DNA from: Lingula anatina | Taxonomy: Eukaryota > Animalia > Brachiopoda | Length of the DNA: 64,000 bases | Reading direction: 5' to 3' | NCBI GenBank assembly: GCA_051362555.1 | Contig: CM120640.1 | Location: 5,022,001 to 5,086,000, forward strand | The notes under the pieces: generated by a model | What the model was told of the DNA's origin: nothing | Database searches by the model: none | What the model saw: the letters and a program-made list of their open reading frames with translations, nothing else | Position numbers and translations under genes: made by a program | Shown here: positions 40,981-55,131 of the stretch, piece by piece | How positions within the stretch are numbered: position 1 is the stretch's first letter | Layout of the letters: each line of letters begins with the position of its first letter

Positions 40981-43900
40981 TCAGAAACAACAGCAGCCTC
41001 GCTTCTTCTCATGGGGCTGCCTCTGCCTACGTGCAAAATTCAGAAACACCTGCTCCAACGTTGTCTGGCTGATGGAATAATCCTCAATGCCATACACAGG
41101 TTTAGCTTTTTCCATTGTACCGAACAGATAAGCCCAGGAAAGGGAGGTGTCGGGGAGATTATACTGGACGTAACCCTGGTGGACGTCCTCCAACTCACAC
41201 GTAGGAAACGTGCTCTGGACGAATTCCATGAAAGGGTTTACATTGACAGGCCCTCCACTAGGGGGTGCTTGGATCTTAGCCAGCAAGGTGAACCCCTGGC
41301 CAAATCTGTTCTTGAGGTGCTGGACACTGCCCAGGCACATGAACTGCCCATTGACCATGATGGCCAGACGTGTGCACAGGGCCTCGCATTCCTCCATGCT
41401 GTAATAAACAGATAGACAACTGTGGATGAGACTTGCCTCTCATAAGTCTGTTATCAATTGCAGTCAAAATTCATCATATTTAATTTCATAGGGTTGGGTA
41501 AAACATGGTTAAAAATGGGACAAGTGAATCGTAAATTTTAAGATGTAAACACCCTGTGAACATGACTGTAATTGTTTTTAACTGACAATACTATTGTTAA
41601 CTTTCATTCAGAATTTTCAAAGTTTAACATGATTATAAGTGCCTGTGGCTGTGACCAGACTGACCTGTGTGATGTGAGTACCAAGGTGGTACCACTCACT
41701 CTCACTTTCATCAGTGTATCCCACAGTTTCCTCCTGGCTGCTGGGTCCAGGCCAGTGGATGGTTCATCCAGGAACACCACAGGAGGGTCACCAATCAGAG
41801 CCAGGGCCGTGCTCAGCTTTCTTTTGTTACCACCACTTAAACACAAACATAAAACTTGATTTAAAATCACAGGCAAGTAAATATCTACATACACACACAC
41901 ACTATAAATCTACTGTAAATGAAACCTGTAAATGAAAAAAAGTGCAAAATATATTACAAGTACAGTACTGAGAAATGATGAAAAAATATGTGAGAACTGT
42001 GCAGAAATATTTTAAGCCTGCAGCGCCCGGACACGGAAATAAAAGAGTGGAACTACACATACGAGCCTGATGTCCACACCAGTGATACATCTGTTCTCTT
42101 GGATCAAGAGGAGGTTGCTGACACCAAAGACAAGAACAAGGTGACATTTGTGAAGATTCAGTATTGAGGAAAGAGCCAATATCAAAGACACAAGCACTGT
42201 GACAGATGCTGAGGGCATTGTAGAAAGAGGTAAGACAGTTGATATCAAAGACACAAACACTGTGACAGATGCTGAGGGCATTGTCAAAAGAGGGAAGACA
42301 GTCAATAACAAAGACACAAACTATGACAGAGGGCATGGAGGAGAGAGTTTCCAAGGTCCACCGCCCATCATGCTGGAAAAGTGTTTAACCTGTTGACATC
42401 TTACTTCAGGTGCAGGTCAAGCACATAATTGGATCCTCACTGCAGATCTAGCCTATCGATACTTAATCCGCTCTACAGTAGGTGTACAATTCAATGGATC
42501 CCTTTCACCAGAAAGATACCAGTACAGATAAAATTGAAGAATTTCAAAGACAGGTAGCACATTTCATAACTGGTAATTATGCTGATAGAAAACAGGGTTG
42601 TGCCTCCAAAATGTTAAAAGACCTAGGCCTAACCCCTTTATGTGACAGGTCAGATGTAAAGAACACAGATCTATATTCTTCTACAAAATGATTGAAGGTC
42701 TCATGCCATCAATGTGTCACCAGAAATACCTGACCAAAATCCATGGTAGTAAACATAGAGTCAAAGTCAAGGACTTTTCTGCATATGACTCAGACAATCT
42801 GGCTGACAACTATGCAAAAATAATGGCAGTTGTTTCCATTCACTACAAGACAAGACAGAAATTTACAGGAACTTCTTTAGACTGAAGCCACCTAGGGGAC
42901 AGGGTAGTTTGTTCATAGTGTATCGACTCTTTTAGAGCAGCAATACTAAGACTAAACACCCTTCACAATTACGCCTTGCTAGCCCTGTGATGTAAATCAA
43001 TTTGGATTTTTTTTTAACCTCAGACTAGTACTGAAAAGTATACAGTGCTCTAATAATTCGATCATGCTCCTGTATAAAACATGACCAACTTATCTCAATT
43101 TGATTCAATAGATTTAATTTAGGTTTTATGCCAGCTTGATATGTAGACCTGAAAATGAAGAAGCTGACCTGAAGCTCAGGGTAGTCAACTATGTAGTTCT
43201 ACATGACTGAGCCTAGTAAAATTCTACAGAGGCAATCAAGTACCTGTAAGTTCCACACTGCTTGTCTGCATGCTCCTCTATGAGCAGAGCTTTGAGGATG
43301 TCATCAACCACCCTGGATATTTCTGTCGAGGAAATACCACGGAGCCTAGCAAAGAATACCAGCAGCTCTCTGGCTGTCATCTGCTCAATCAGGGCATCAA
43401 ACTGGGGACAATAGCCTATCATCTGTCTCACCTTAAATAAAAAGCAACAAAAATATTTTCTTCTCTAGAATAGAGAAAACATTCAACTAAATGAGCAATA
43501 CAAAAATAAACATAATGAAGCAGGCATTTATAATGATGTCACTTTCTTAGAAAAAGAGTAATTTTGAACCATGCCATTTTCCATGAATTCATGATGGTGC
43601 TAGCCTTATGTATAACTACTACAATGGGACAATGATGCTAACATGGCCCTCTGATATGAAGAACAGGCTGAATCTGTGACCAGTGTTATTTGGTATACAA
43701 CCTGATCCTTGTCTCAGTCAATGCCATGTGGGAGAAGGGAGGCATAGTTCAAACATCAGAAATCACTCTTACCTTATCAGCCTGTTCCCTTATTCCATAA
43801 TGTCCTATGAGTGCATTGCCAGAGGAAGGGAGAAGGTCCCCAGTCAACATCTTGAAGGTTGTAGTCTTCCCTGCTCCATTCACACCCAGAAGACCAAATA

Positions 43901-46900
43901 GTTCACCTGATAAAATTATAAAATGTTGCAACAGTATTTCAGAATCTGTGTTTAAACTATTTGGTTGATGTATGCAAGGAGCAAAGAGCTGCTTGACAAA
44001 TTTAGTTCTACTTTAGTGACATTAATACGAAGTTGCCTGATGTCCAAGATAAAGGAAACAAGGCCATTCTGTCAAGGGGAATAACTGTCAGATCTTGTTG
44101 TGGTTATACTATAACATGCAATGGGTAAGGTGTTTTCACTAAGTCTAGATGTAAATATAATTACCTGTTACCATGCTACATCCTTTGATATAAATGAGCA
44201 AAAAACTGCTATTTTGCTGAATTCAGAATCTGTTTTTGTTTCTTAAATTAAAACTTCTGCTTTAAAACATTACTATGATATTTGCAATGGGAATTATTGC
44301 TATTGTCAAAGAAGAAGCAGTAAAATATCCACACACCTTTCGGTATACCTAAACTGAGATGGTCAACAGCTAGCATATTCTTATAATATTTGGTCAACTT
44401 CTTCAGCACCAGAACATCATTCTCACAGGCTATTTCTTGCTGAACTCTCCCCTGTTCTGTTAAAACATCCTGATCTACAGCCTCCCCAGACTGGACGAGG
44501 TCCCCATTGGCCACCCGGGCTGACTGCCTTCTGTATACAGTGTTACTGATGATCTCAGACTCCAGCAGGGCCAGGATGAGGAAGTAGAATACCCACTGTA
44601 CCACCAGGAATATCACCATACGTCCGATTCCAGGGGCAGGCCATGCAAGGTAGTTCTCTTCATACTTCAAACAATTGTCTCCACAGTTATCTAGAAAAAT
44701 ATAATACGTAATCAGAATAGCTGTACCTCCCCTGGGATACTTTTTGATGAAAACATTTCTTTAGTAGTTGTGGATGATCCCCAAATAGGCCATTGCTTGG
44801 GTCATATGATCACCAGGGACGTGAGATCCTTTCAGGATCCAACAGACCCATAAAGGCAGATCTTGCTTTATATCAAAGATATCAGTCTACAGATCCAACC
44901 TTTACTTTTATCAAAAACACCAAATACCTTAATATCCTCAATTTAGCACAATGAAGTAATAAATACACTGAAGATAAATAAGAGAGCTCATCATAAACAT
45001 TACATATATGTACAGATGCATGTGGTGTCTTATTATTAGTTGCTAAGAGTGCAATTCAATAATCATTACATTAATTTAATTTATGCCACTTATTTCATAA
45101 TACCTCACTCTCAGAAATTTTAGAACACTTGGTGCCTAAATTACCTTTGCAACAGGGATTACCAATTCCAAGGTCACACAAGTCCTGTACCTTGGTGTCT
45201 GTGCACAGTTTGATGTTCTGGTAATTATTATACATGTCCTGCAGGCCCTTGCCCAGGTTGTAGTTTGGAGCCAGGACAATGAATATCCAATCCAGGACAA
45301 CAGCTATAGGCCTGGTGTTTGTGTTGGTATCTGGGTCATGGAGGGCGTCCAGGAGGTACACTGTCAGCGTGGCAGTTAGACCTGAGATAAGTTTGAGGTA
45401 AAAAGAATATGATAATGGCTACTTCATAACCCGTACAAATAAATGCCAAAACCTAGGCTCTATTCCCATAGATTTTAGATCGATCTATCCTCGCGGGGAG
45501 TCTCACTAGATTACTTTCAGATAATCCGACTTAAATGTCCGTCCCGCCTACTACAAGCTGTAAGGTGGTAATTAACTTTCGTGTCCGCCCTGCTGACAGC
45601 TATTTAGCGTGAACCCCCAGGGAGTTAGGTCGATCTAAAGTAGGTCGATCTAATCTATGGAAATGGGGTGCTAGAGACACTGCAAGAACACATTAGGACA
45701 TCAAAGGAATATTAATTCACAGATTCAAAAAATTATTAAGAACAGCATAGAAGACAGTTTAAAGTTTTGTCTATCAACAAACATTTGTTCACTTATGCTA
45801 AAGAAAAATCAATATGAAATCATATTAAAATTCAAAATACATTATAAACATCAATGCATAAAAACCAACAAAATGTCAATACCTAAAAGAATGTTGGTAA
45901 AGGTCAACAGAGTTGAAGCAGTCACTGGCGTCTTGAAGAAGAATGACAATAAATACATTAATGGTAGCATGCCAAATGGAAACAGTAGCAACAAGAGAGC
46001 AACAAAGCCCAGACGTCCACCCTGTGAGTATGCCTCTGGTTGGAATGCAGCAAATACTATGATAATCAGTGCAAACACAATTGCGTAATTGATGAGATCC
46101 CAAATGAAGGTGGACAACCAAAATGTCACAAGGCGTCCTCCGCTGACTATCTGCAGGTGCTTGGCATTGTTGTCCCTCTCCCTGACGAGGAACACCACAA
46201 AACTGCTGGCCAGGTAGGACATCCCAAACAGTATGCACAGCTGGATCAAGAAGCCAAACAACATGCTGGAGTTGCTCTGCAACTCTCTCTTGAAATCGGA
46301 GGGAAAGGGCAATGGGTGGTTAGTGACTTCAATGCTGAAGGACTCATTGACAAAATATCTCAATAGGGTATTGGTGACCAGGTTTACAGCTATAGGAGAG
46401 TTATGTAGAGGCTGTCCATTGCTATGAGCTATGATTTCCTTCACTGCTGATGAGGTATTGGTATCAAAGGAGGCTGCTGCAATGAAATACTTGTTGTAGT
46501 TTGCAATACCAAGTCTATCAGCTTCTTGAAGTAGGTAACTTTCCACATCACCAGAACCATTAGCAGAGGCAGCATTGACATCCTGAACTTGTGTATTGCT
46601 TGGCATTTTCAGACCATATTTCTGGCTTATGTTGCTCAGCACCACGTCCCCTGGCTGGTACCCTGCGGCAATATAATTGGGATCACTGCCAAACATCTCA
46701 GTATTCATCTTGAGGGCTGGGTAGTCACTCTGTGTGCTGGCGGGGATCAGGTCCAGCGCCAGTGCCAGCATGGTGAAAATGGCTGGCACCAGTAACTGCG
46801 CCAGTGTCACCACTCTGTTGCGCCAGGTGTGCAGAGCTCTCTTCACGAGCATGGCATACAGCTGCTGGAGGTGGAGTTTTAGGCCAGAGTTTTTCTTCAA

Positions 46901-49900
46901 GTCAACATTAAATGCTGGAAAAAATTATACCACAAAAAATGTCTCTATACATGTAGGTAAAGGTATAAGCAAATGTTGGTGATTTAATTTACATGCTTGG
47001 GTAATTAAAAATTCATTATTTTTTTCTCTGCAATAACATTTTGTTGGTATTGTTCAAAATATAAATCTATACTATATAAAAATTTCAGTTAATAGCAAAT
47101 TTAAACTGACAACAAATGCTAACAATTTATATTTTAATCTACTTGTTCACATTGTACCTGGTCCTTTGGTCACTCCCCCGACTTCCTGTAGAGGGATATC
47201 ACCATTGCTCTTCACCATGATAACACCACTGGTGCCGTCCTGTTCTTCCTCCAGACTGGCATATCCAACAGCTGGTTTGCGCACACTCAGTTTTCTTGAG
47301 GGGCTCTTGACTAGTTCTTCATTCACATCAATACCTTCGCCAACTCTGTACAAAGTATTAATAGGAAATAGAAGCATGATGAATATCTTTTTATTGGAGT
47401 TTTACTCAAGTGATCTGGTTACATGTTTGTGTAGAATACCAAATATTTCCAAGACTACATAATTAATTTACAGTAATCCCCATCAATGTTTAATAACAAA
47501 ATGACACAAAAGACATAAAAACCTGGTCCCCTATTTGTACCTTACTCCCAGGCTCAGTTTACAAAGATACTTTGAAGCCCTTACTTGAGAAACACCTCCT
47601 CCATGGTTGTGAGAGACACACCAAAGCTGGACACCCCCAAGTCTTTGTGCCTCACCTCCAGGTCAGCAAACAAGCCTTCAAAACGACATATTTCTTCCCT
47701 GGGCAGGACATAAGACAGCTCAGCACCTATGTCAGTCTCCAAGGTGGAGGAAGGCACATGGCCCTGGATCATCTGGGTCACTGCATCTATATTACATGCC
47801 TGTTCTTTCACTAATACCATGTGAAAACCAGCCCCTGTTAAAGTACAAGTGAACACTGATAGTATTTGCATTGTGCTCTACTTCACAAATGACACATCTT
47901 ACAAAAGGAACTATAGTCTTGAAAAGCACAAATAAAAACAAACTGTATGTACTCAAGCTATCTAAAACTGATAAAATTCAGTCAAATGTTTTCTTATGTG
48001 CCTTTACTAAACATCAATCAACTCTGGTTGTGACAAGCAATGTACATAAACACAATATCTGTTCTTTGAAGAAGAGAGGTTCATAAATATTTCCTGTAAA
48101 AAGCTTTACCAGTAAATAAAAAAGCTTCATGTTGTGGTATTTTGCCAGAGATTGAAAGAGGGTGGCTGGTAAGTTAATTACCCTGCTTTGTTCATCACTA
48201 TGCAGAAGAAACACTGGTCTCATTGTATACGTAAATAAGTCAATCTTAAATATCACCCTCACCATATTTATTCTTGAGAAAGAGTGAGCTCCCACAGCAC
48301 CTCAACTCCCCCTCAGCCATGATGGCAATCCTGTCTCCCAGCAGGTCTGCCTCCTCCATATAGTGTGTGGTCAGAACTATGGTTCTGCCTTGCCTTGCCC
48401 CCTGGATGATGTCCCAGGTCTGGCGACGGGCACTGGGGTCCATACCAGAGGTGGGCTCATCAAGCATTACAATCTGAAAATTTATTAAATTCAGGGTTTT
48501 CTTTTTTCATTCAAGTTTTATGTGTTTTCTGAAATTCTTATAATATATGTTTCAAATTCAACTTGACCCTTCATTTTTGCACAAAAAAAATCCCACTAAG
48601 CTTAGATACAATACTCATTTTGATATAGAATTTATCTGTAATAATAGGAAATGTGCACAGCCTCTACTCTGACTTCCATTTCTGTGACATGGCTAGACAC
48701 AGGTGTTTGCTATAAAATCAATCACTGTTGTGTACTTAATAACCGGATGTAATCAAGAGAAATAAGTAACTTAAACTTGGAGAAAAAGGTAGAACGTCAT
48801 CATTAATCGATTATTCAGTCTAAGGAAAGTCATTTTGGAAACTTCAACATAAAGCTGTTGCTACTCATACATGCATATAAATAACCTTGAAAGAGCACAA
48901 ACAAAAAGATTAACTCAAGTAGATAAAAATCAATAACAGGAAATATCACGGTATATAACAATATTTCCGTAGGTGGATATACAGCAAAACAAATTTGTCT
49001 CTTGCCATTTTCAATCTTGAATTCATGGCAATAAGCAAGTTACCATGGTATTGTCTCTCCACGTGTTGTTACTAATGAACACTCATGATTCAGCTTCTTA
49101 ACAAGGCCCCACAGAGATAAATTACCTTGGAATCTCCAATTAGAGCTATGCCAACAGACAGCTTGCGCTTCATCCCTCCAGACAGGCCTGAGGGGAAAGA
49201 TTTCCTTTTGTCTAGCATTCCCATGATGCCAAGTGTCTTGTCAACCTCCATTTTAACAGCAGACCCAGTCACACCTTTCATCTTCAAAAGACCAATATTC
49301 AAGAAAAATTTATGGAATGCAGCACAGCTCCTTTTTTCTTTCTTTTTTTCTTTCTTTCTTTCGACAAATGTTATTTTGGGGATGGGTAGGTGCTAAAAAA
49401 AGAACACATTTGGCAGGAAGGGTTGTTCCTGCTCTCATATTAACTCTAAGAAAGAAAAATTCAAAATCAATAAACAACTTAAAAAGGTTAATAATATGCC
49501 ATTTCTAATGGCTATTTTATATGAAGCAAATTTGTCCTCATCAACAAATCTGACATTCAAATAACATCTTACTGTACCTGCACATAAAATTCCAAGTGTT
49601 CTTCTACTGTCAGAGCCTCAAACAAGACATCATGTTGAGGGCATAATCCAAGGCTCTCCCGAGCTTTTGCAATGCTTTTTCTTATGTCATAACCATTGAC
49701 GACTGCTGTGCCCTTGCTTGGGGGGATGAAACCTGAAATCATCATAAATTGGACATTCATAAATGCTGCATTAAAATGTAATGGTAATAAAGCTTAGATA
49801 AAAGCACAATAGATCATTCAAAATGCCATCCCTTTATTGAAAAATTCTCTTACCAGTCAGCATGGACATGGTAGTTGTTTTCCCTGCACCATTGTGCCCC

Positions 49901-52900
49901 AGCAAAGCAAACACCTGGTTCTCATACATAGTCACAGACATCCCAGCCACTGCTACTTTCTTTCCTTTAAACGTCTGGAAATACAAGGAAAAAGGAAAGT
50001 GCACATATTCTTATAAAATAACATGGATCTTTGATTAGTAACTTAAGGGAGCAGCCGCAATGCAGGAAAATTGTGTGCTATTCACATGCTTAATAATACA
50101 TAAAAAAGGGAATTTTAATGAAGTGCAGATTTCAAAGCATGGGAAAAATAAATGTTTGGTACAATATGAGTATTATGAGAGTGTGTCTTACACCCCATTT
50201 CCATAGATTAGATCGACCTACTTTAGATCGACCTAACTCCCTGGGGGTTCACGCTAAATAGCTGTCAGCCGGGCGGACACGAAAGTTAATTACCCCCTTA
50301 CAGCTTGTAGTAGGCGGGACGGACATTTAAGTCGGATTATCTGAAAGTAATCTAGTGAGACTCCCCGCGGGGATAGATCGATCTAAAATCTATGGGAATA
50401 GAGCCTAAGTCATACCTTTCTTAGACCCTTGACCTCAATGCCAGCATTAAACCCTACAGGATCAGCTTCAAAGAACTCTTGTTCCTGACCAACTCCTTGT
50501 GTGTGGTGTTCCTCATCATGATCATCGCTCACCTTCTCCCCGCACCAATAGCTTCTCTGCAAACAGAACAACCAAATACGTAAAAAGCATATATATTTTG
50601 TTGTCTTTTTTTTTTTCTTCTTGAACTCAAACGTGTGTGCATCAAAAATTCAACTTCAAGATCGTTTACAGATTTCTTTCCAGTCAAATTAGACAATTAC
50701 AATGACTCAAAAAACCTCTGGATAAGACCTGTGGGAAAAGGACTGCATTAGCTATATATAGAAGAAAACTGTCAATGGCTTACAGTGCAGCAGAAATACC
50801 ATGGCTGTGGCACTCCATACTTCCCAGGTCTGACTGCCTCCACATACCAGGTAAGTAGAAAACCAAGCACGGCATCAAAGAGTAACATAAACATGGCATC
50901 CGCCAGGGAAAAGTCATCATCTACCACAGCAGGCTTGTTAAAGTTGGACCACTGCACTCCCTCACCTGGACAACAAGAAAAGGAGGTTGGGATGAAGTAA
51001 AAACAGAAGTACAATATGCCTTGAATTGCTTCTGTTTGTTTCATTTTCATACCTTTCTCCCAAAGAGCAACTAAATGATTTAGCTAACATATAATGTTGG
51101 TTTACAACCAGGCAGCATACCATCTATGCAGTTTATAACATAATACAACCATTTTTTAAAGTTACTCTTATGAGTTGATATTTTGCAAGGAACTACCCGG
51201 CATTAAATACAGGGGAAATCCTATGTAGCTGTTACAACAGCTTTTCTTCAATGGACATCAACCATAAAAAATGTTTGAAACAATATGCCTGTACAGTATG
51301 TTACTAATCTATTCTATCGTGAGATTGATAAGATAACTCCCTTGTATTGCAATTATCAGACCTACAAGGATCATGTATCGCTTATTGGATTAGAAACCCA
51401 GTCACAAAATTCATTTGGTTGTCAAGGTGATTGAAGCATATAAGGCTTATCATGAAGGATTCACTCTAAAAATATCCTTATCCCTGTACTTTACTGATTA
51501 CTTGTACATATATAACTTAGATGATCAGAACCTTCTTATTAGGAACGCATTTTGCACTTATTTTAAAATAATCACCATTATTTCCCCTATGCTGTGTTTA
51601 TGTTATGAACAGCAGTGCCCCTTAAACAAAGATGGTTCTGGCCAACATACTAGTAGACCTGAGCTTGCATACCATTCATTATATTTGTTTTTACAGTATA
51701 TGTTGTCAAAGGGAAAAAAGTGGAGGAAATTTCATTTTAGCAGAGAATGCACTTTGGTAAAAATGTTTTGGCAACCTTTTATCATAATCTGTTGGTTATT
51801 GTATATAGCTCAACTTTTTTTCAAATGAATGTCATCAATAATTCATAATTTAATACCAACATGAAAGTAATATTGATTTTCTAATACTTTACCCTCAAAT
51901 ACAGCACAGGCAAACAGCATACTTTATCAACACATGCAATAACATGACTTCTTTTCACTTGACAACTTGAATAGCAATCATAAAGTACAGACCTCAGCCA
52001 AGGCAGCTCAATTAGTATCATCAATTAATTAACTAATGAGAAATGAATCACCACCAAAATCTAATTCATTCTGAGTTAACCATGAAAAACCACAAAAATA
52101 CTATAAAATCTGTGCAGAAAATTTTGAGTTAGGCACTAAACCAACAAATTAACAATACAAAGGGGAAAAAAAAGCCTAGGCAGAGGTGATAATGCTTTTC
52201 CTGCTGAGGTACACCGTTAGCTAGCATTACTGCAGCAGTAGCTATTCTGCGTGCACATATCCAGATATTTATGAAGGAGTTATATACATAGTCATTTACA
52301 ACCTGTAACATGCCTCATGTGTGTCTGTATCCAATACTGTATGCAAGCATTTAGTAATTTTACTGTATGAATAGGTCAACAAAGAGTATACAAAATTATT
52401 GAATCTGCAGGGTATTCATTTAGAGCTAGCTGTCATTGTAATATGTTTGCAAATTAAATGAATGATTGTATGTTGTCATCTGTTCGATAATCCAATTACT
52501 GGCTGCAAGCCCATAGGCGGGGGGGGGGGGGGGGGGGGGATTCGGTGGTGGTGGTGGTGGAGGGGGGGGGGGGGGGAGGGGATTTACCAACAAACTGCCT
52601 TTTTTGCCAGGAAAAGGTCCTCTCTGGGCAAAATTTGATCTATGTACACAAAAGTTTCATGGTAAAAAGTTCACTTTTTTCAGAAAAAGATCCCCCTCCC
52701 TTTGAAATCGTTGGCTACCGGCCAGGGATGTGGATTATATGTACAAAGTATGGTAATAAATGAAAAATTATTGCAATACAGCAATATACACACATTAACC
52801 CCATTAACACCCTACCTGTTGACATGTGTTGTCCTACAGCATAGGTGCCCAGAGAAAGAGCCAGGTTGGGAATCAGGCAAGCAATCACCTTGTGGAACCT

Positions 52901-54443
52901 TGTCATGTTCTCATACTGGTTGGATAGAAAAAACCATGGGACATAGGTCAGGAAATAGAGCAGTCCACACACACCAGCCCCCGCATTAGCTGTAATGAAA
53001 AAAAAATGTAGCATACTTATCATAATTTCTAGTATAAACCTTAATTCAACCTATGGAACACTGGCAGAGGGTAAAAAGAAAACGTGCAGAGCTGAGATAT
53101 AGCCTTGGCCTATGCCTTAAGACAGATTGGGAAATTTTCAACTGTAAGTAATACTTGTTTATATCTTTAGCAGCACAAAATTTTGCACATGGTTTTAAAA
53201 CTCACAAGGAATATTGATAACATTTTGAACTAAAAAAAAATGAAATAGCATAGAATAACAAAAAGTTTTTATTTTCATCAAATTGAACATTTTACTCACC
53301 ATTGTCAAAGAACACACAGCAGACAAAGCAAAAGGATATTGTGGCAACCCCATAGATCAGAAGGAAAATAAACATAACAGAAGCATCACTCTTTCCCAAG
53401 ACGCTGAATCCGCTATTCACTTTTAAACTGAACAGCACAGTCATTATTGCTACAGCCACCAAAATGTATATGAAGCATTTGAGAAACCATGTCATCCAGT
53501 AAAGCCAGTTACTTGTCCCCATCATACGCATATACTCCTGTGGAAAAAAAGAGTTAATACTTTTAATACATCTTGTAATCATAAATGCATAATGAGCATG
53601 CAAAGTTGAAACTCATCAACATTTTCAGGATTACTGTGCATGTTACCAATACAACCAATTTCTTTTGAAAAGAATGTCAAAATTCAGGAACAGGCATAGG
53701 GTTTGATCTCAGAGGTATCGGAGGTATATTATGTAGACTAACCTTCAATCGCTTCTCCTTCTCATATACTATTTGCTTTGGGATTTGCAAAGCAAACAGC
53801 AGGAAGCTGAGGATCATAAAAAGTGGCAGGTTACCAGTCACTATCAGCACGTATACATCCACAAAGTAGGAGGGATATGGAAACCGCTGGATATGAACTG
53901 CATAATCTGCAACATCTGCTGTTGGATCCAGCTCTAGAATGATGCTCATGTCTACTGCTTGTTGGATTTGAAGAAAACCCTTTCCTTTGTATGCTAAAAT
54001 ATATTTCGAAAATGTTTTATGAATAAAAACCTAACTTAAATCATTGTCAAAAAATAAATAAAATTGTAATTTTGTCATCTTTCTTTATATATGGTTTTAT
54101 AAAGCTTAATAATATCTCTGCAATGCATAAACCATAATATTTTTACATGTTATTCCCTTCAACTTACGGTCATTAGTTCCGTCACGAGGTCTTGAACCAA
54201 TATTAAATGTAAAAACTCGGTCTGTACGCCAATTTCTTCTTGTGTATGAGCCATCAGGTAAGAGGTCTGTTGAGTTGAGCCTAATTTTGTATTGAATAGC
54301 TTGTGGCAGGCTTGAATTTTCAACATTGGTGAACACAACTCCACCAAGAGCACGTATGGCACTCTGATTACTGTCCATGAAAAAGACCATATCCTCTTCT
54401 GAACTAAATGGCAAAACTGCAAAATAAATAAATAAAAGAACAA

Positions 54444-54479
<36 letters not shown>

Positions 54480-55131
54480 TAATAATAATAATAATAATAA
54501 TGATGATGATGATGATATTTGTCTACTGGAAATCATGGTGGTTGAAAATAAACTGTTTGAAAAATTTAAAATAGCCACATTTAAAGAGCAATCAGGTTTA
54601 TTCATAAAAAGGACTTTCTTTATCTTATTAGGTTAGTTATGATGGTGTATACGTGTGTTAATGTTCTGATTAAACAAGCAACATGTTGACAGACTACAGT
54701 ACAGAGTTCACATGCCTACCTTCAACTTTATTGTCAAGCCATGCTGCACTTCTCTCTATGATTCTCTTGATAAGAGGTGTGTCTGGTGTGTATCCAATTA
54801 TTCCCACTATCCCAGGCTGCCCCCCACCAAAGGAAATAGCACTGAGAGGAAACCAGTACGGGAGTGAAGCACTTGCATTAGTGGCTTTTAAAAGTGCTAG
54901 AGCCTTTAGTTGGAGTGGATACTGAAACTCAGGAGTAGTGTTTAAACTTTGTGCAGGATAATAGGTAGTTAGTTCTTCCCTGGTGGACACCAAAAGCCGT
55001 ATGACTATCAACAGCGCAGTGAAAACCACAGGTAGAAGAACTTCGAAAAAAGACACAGCCACCTTGCGCTTTTGAATGAGCCAGTTCTTCCAGAGAAGCA
55101 GAGTGAACTGCTTTCCTGAGCTTGCAACCAT
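40981..55131 (-). CDS. ABCA3: Full-length ABCA-subfamily lipid transporter (ABCA3-like) with canonical motifs; about 20 coding exons
   Basis: N-terminus [19 protein letters not shown]1: [41 protein letters not shown]2: [42 protein letters not shown]-terminal [12 protein letters not shown]. Strict orthology to ABCA3 is an inference. Confidence 0.95.
42181..42330. repeat. 63-bp tandem repeat (about 2.4 copies) in an ABCA intron
   Basis: ATCAAAGACACAA.CACTGTGACAGATGCTGAGGGCATTGT..AAAGAGG.AAGACAGT is repeated at a 63-bp period. Confidence 0.85.
42420..42960 (+). mobile_element. Decayed 3' fragment of a non-LTR retrotransposon (CR1/L2-group ORF2 C-terminus)
   Basis: [45 protein letters not shown] matches the post-RT W.P..KDI..LE.VQRRAARF..L.L..L..RR..FYK pattern; frameshifted. 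Confidence 0.75.
45456..45670 (-). mobile_element. MITE family C, copy 1 (215 bp, intronic)
   Basis: Near-identical reverse complement of 50191-50405. Imperfect TIRs CCATAGATT..AGATCGA / TCGATCT..AATCTATGG. Confidence 0.9.
50191..50405 (+). mobile_element. MITE family C, copy 2 (TA-flanked)
   Basis: TA|CACCCCATTTCCATAGAT...ATCTATGGGAATAGAGCC|TA; homologous to 45456-45670 and 63557-63773. Confidence 0.9.
52506..52725. mobile_element. MITE family A, copy 2 (poly-G rich, intronic)
   Basis: Homologous to 36849-37021; termini CAAGCCCATAG / GGCTACCGGCCAG. Confidence 0.65.
54445..54516. repeat. (AAT)n/(GAT)n microsatellite
   Basis: Direct reading; lies just upstream (in transcript sense) of an ABCA acceptor. 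Confidence 0.9.

Noticed and set aside
41902-42396. Cys-rich or repetitive ORFs in an ABCA intron
   Set aside because: They are translations of the 63-bp tandem repeat next to a LINE remnant.
54159-54605. Poly-Leu/Ser 'membrane protein' ORF (similarly 56454-56672)
   Set aside because: Artefact of (AAT)n and poly-A microsatellites.
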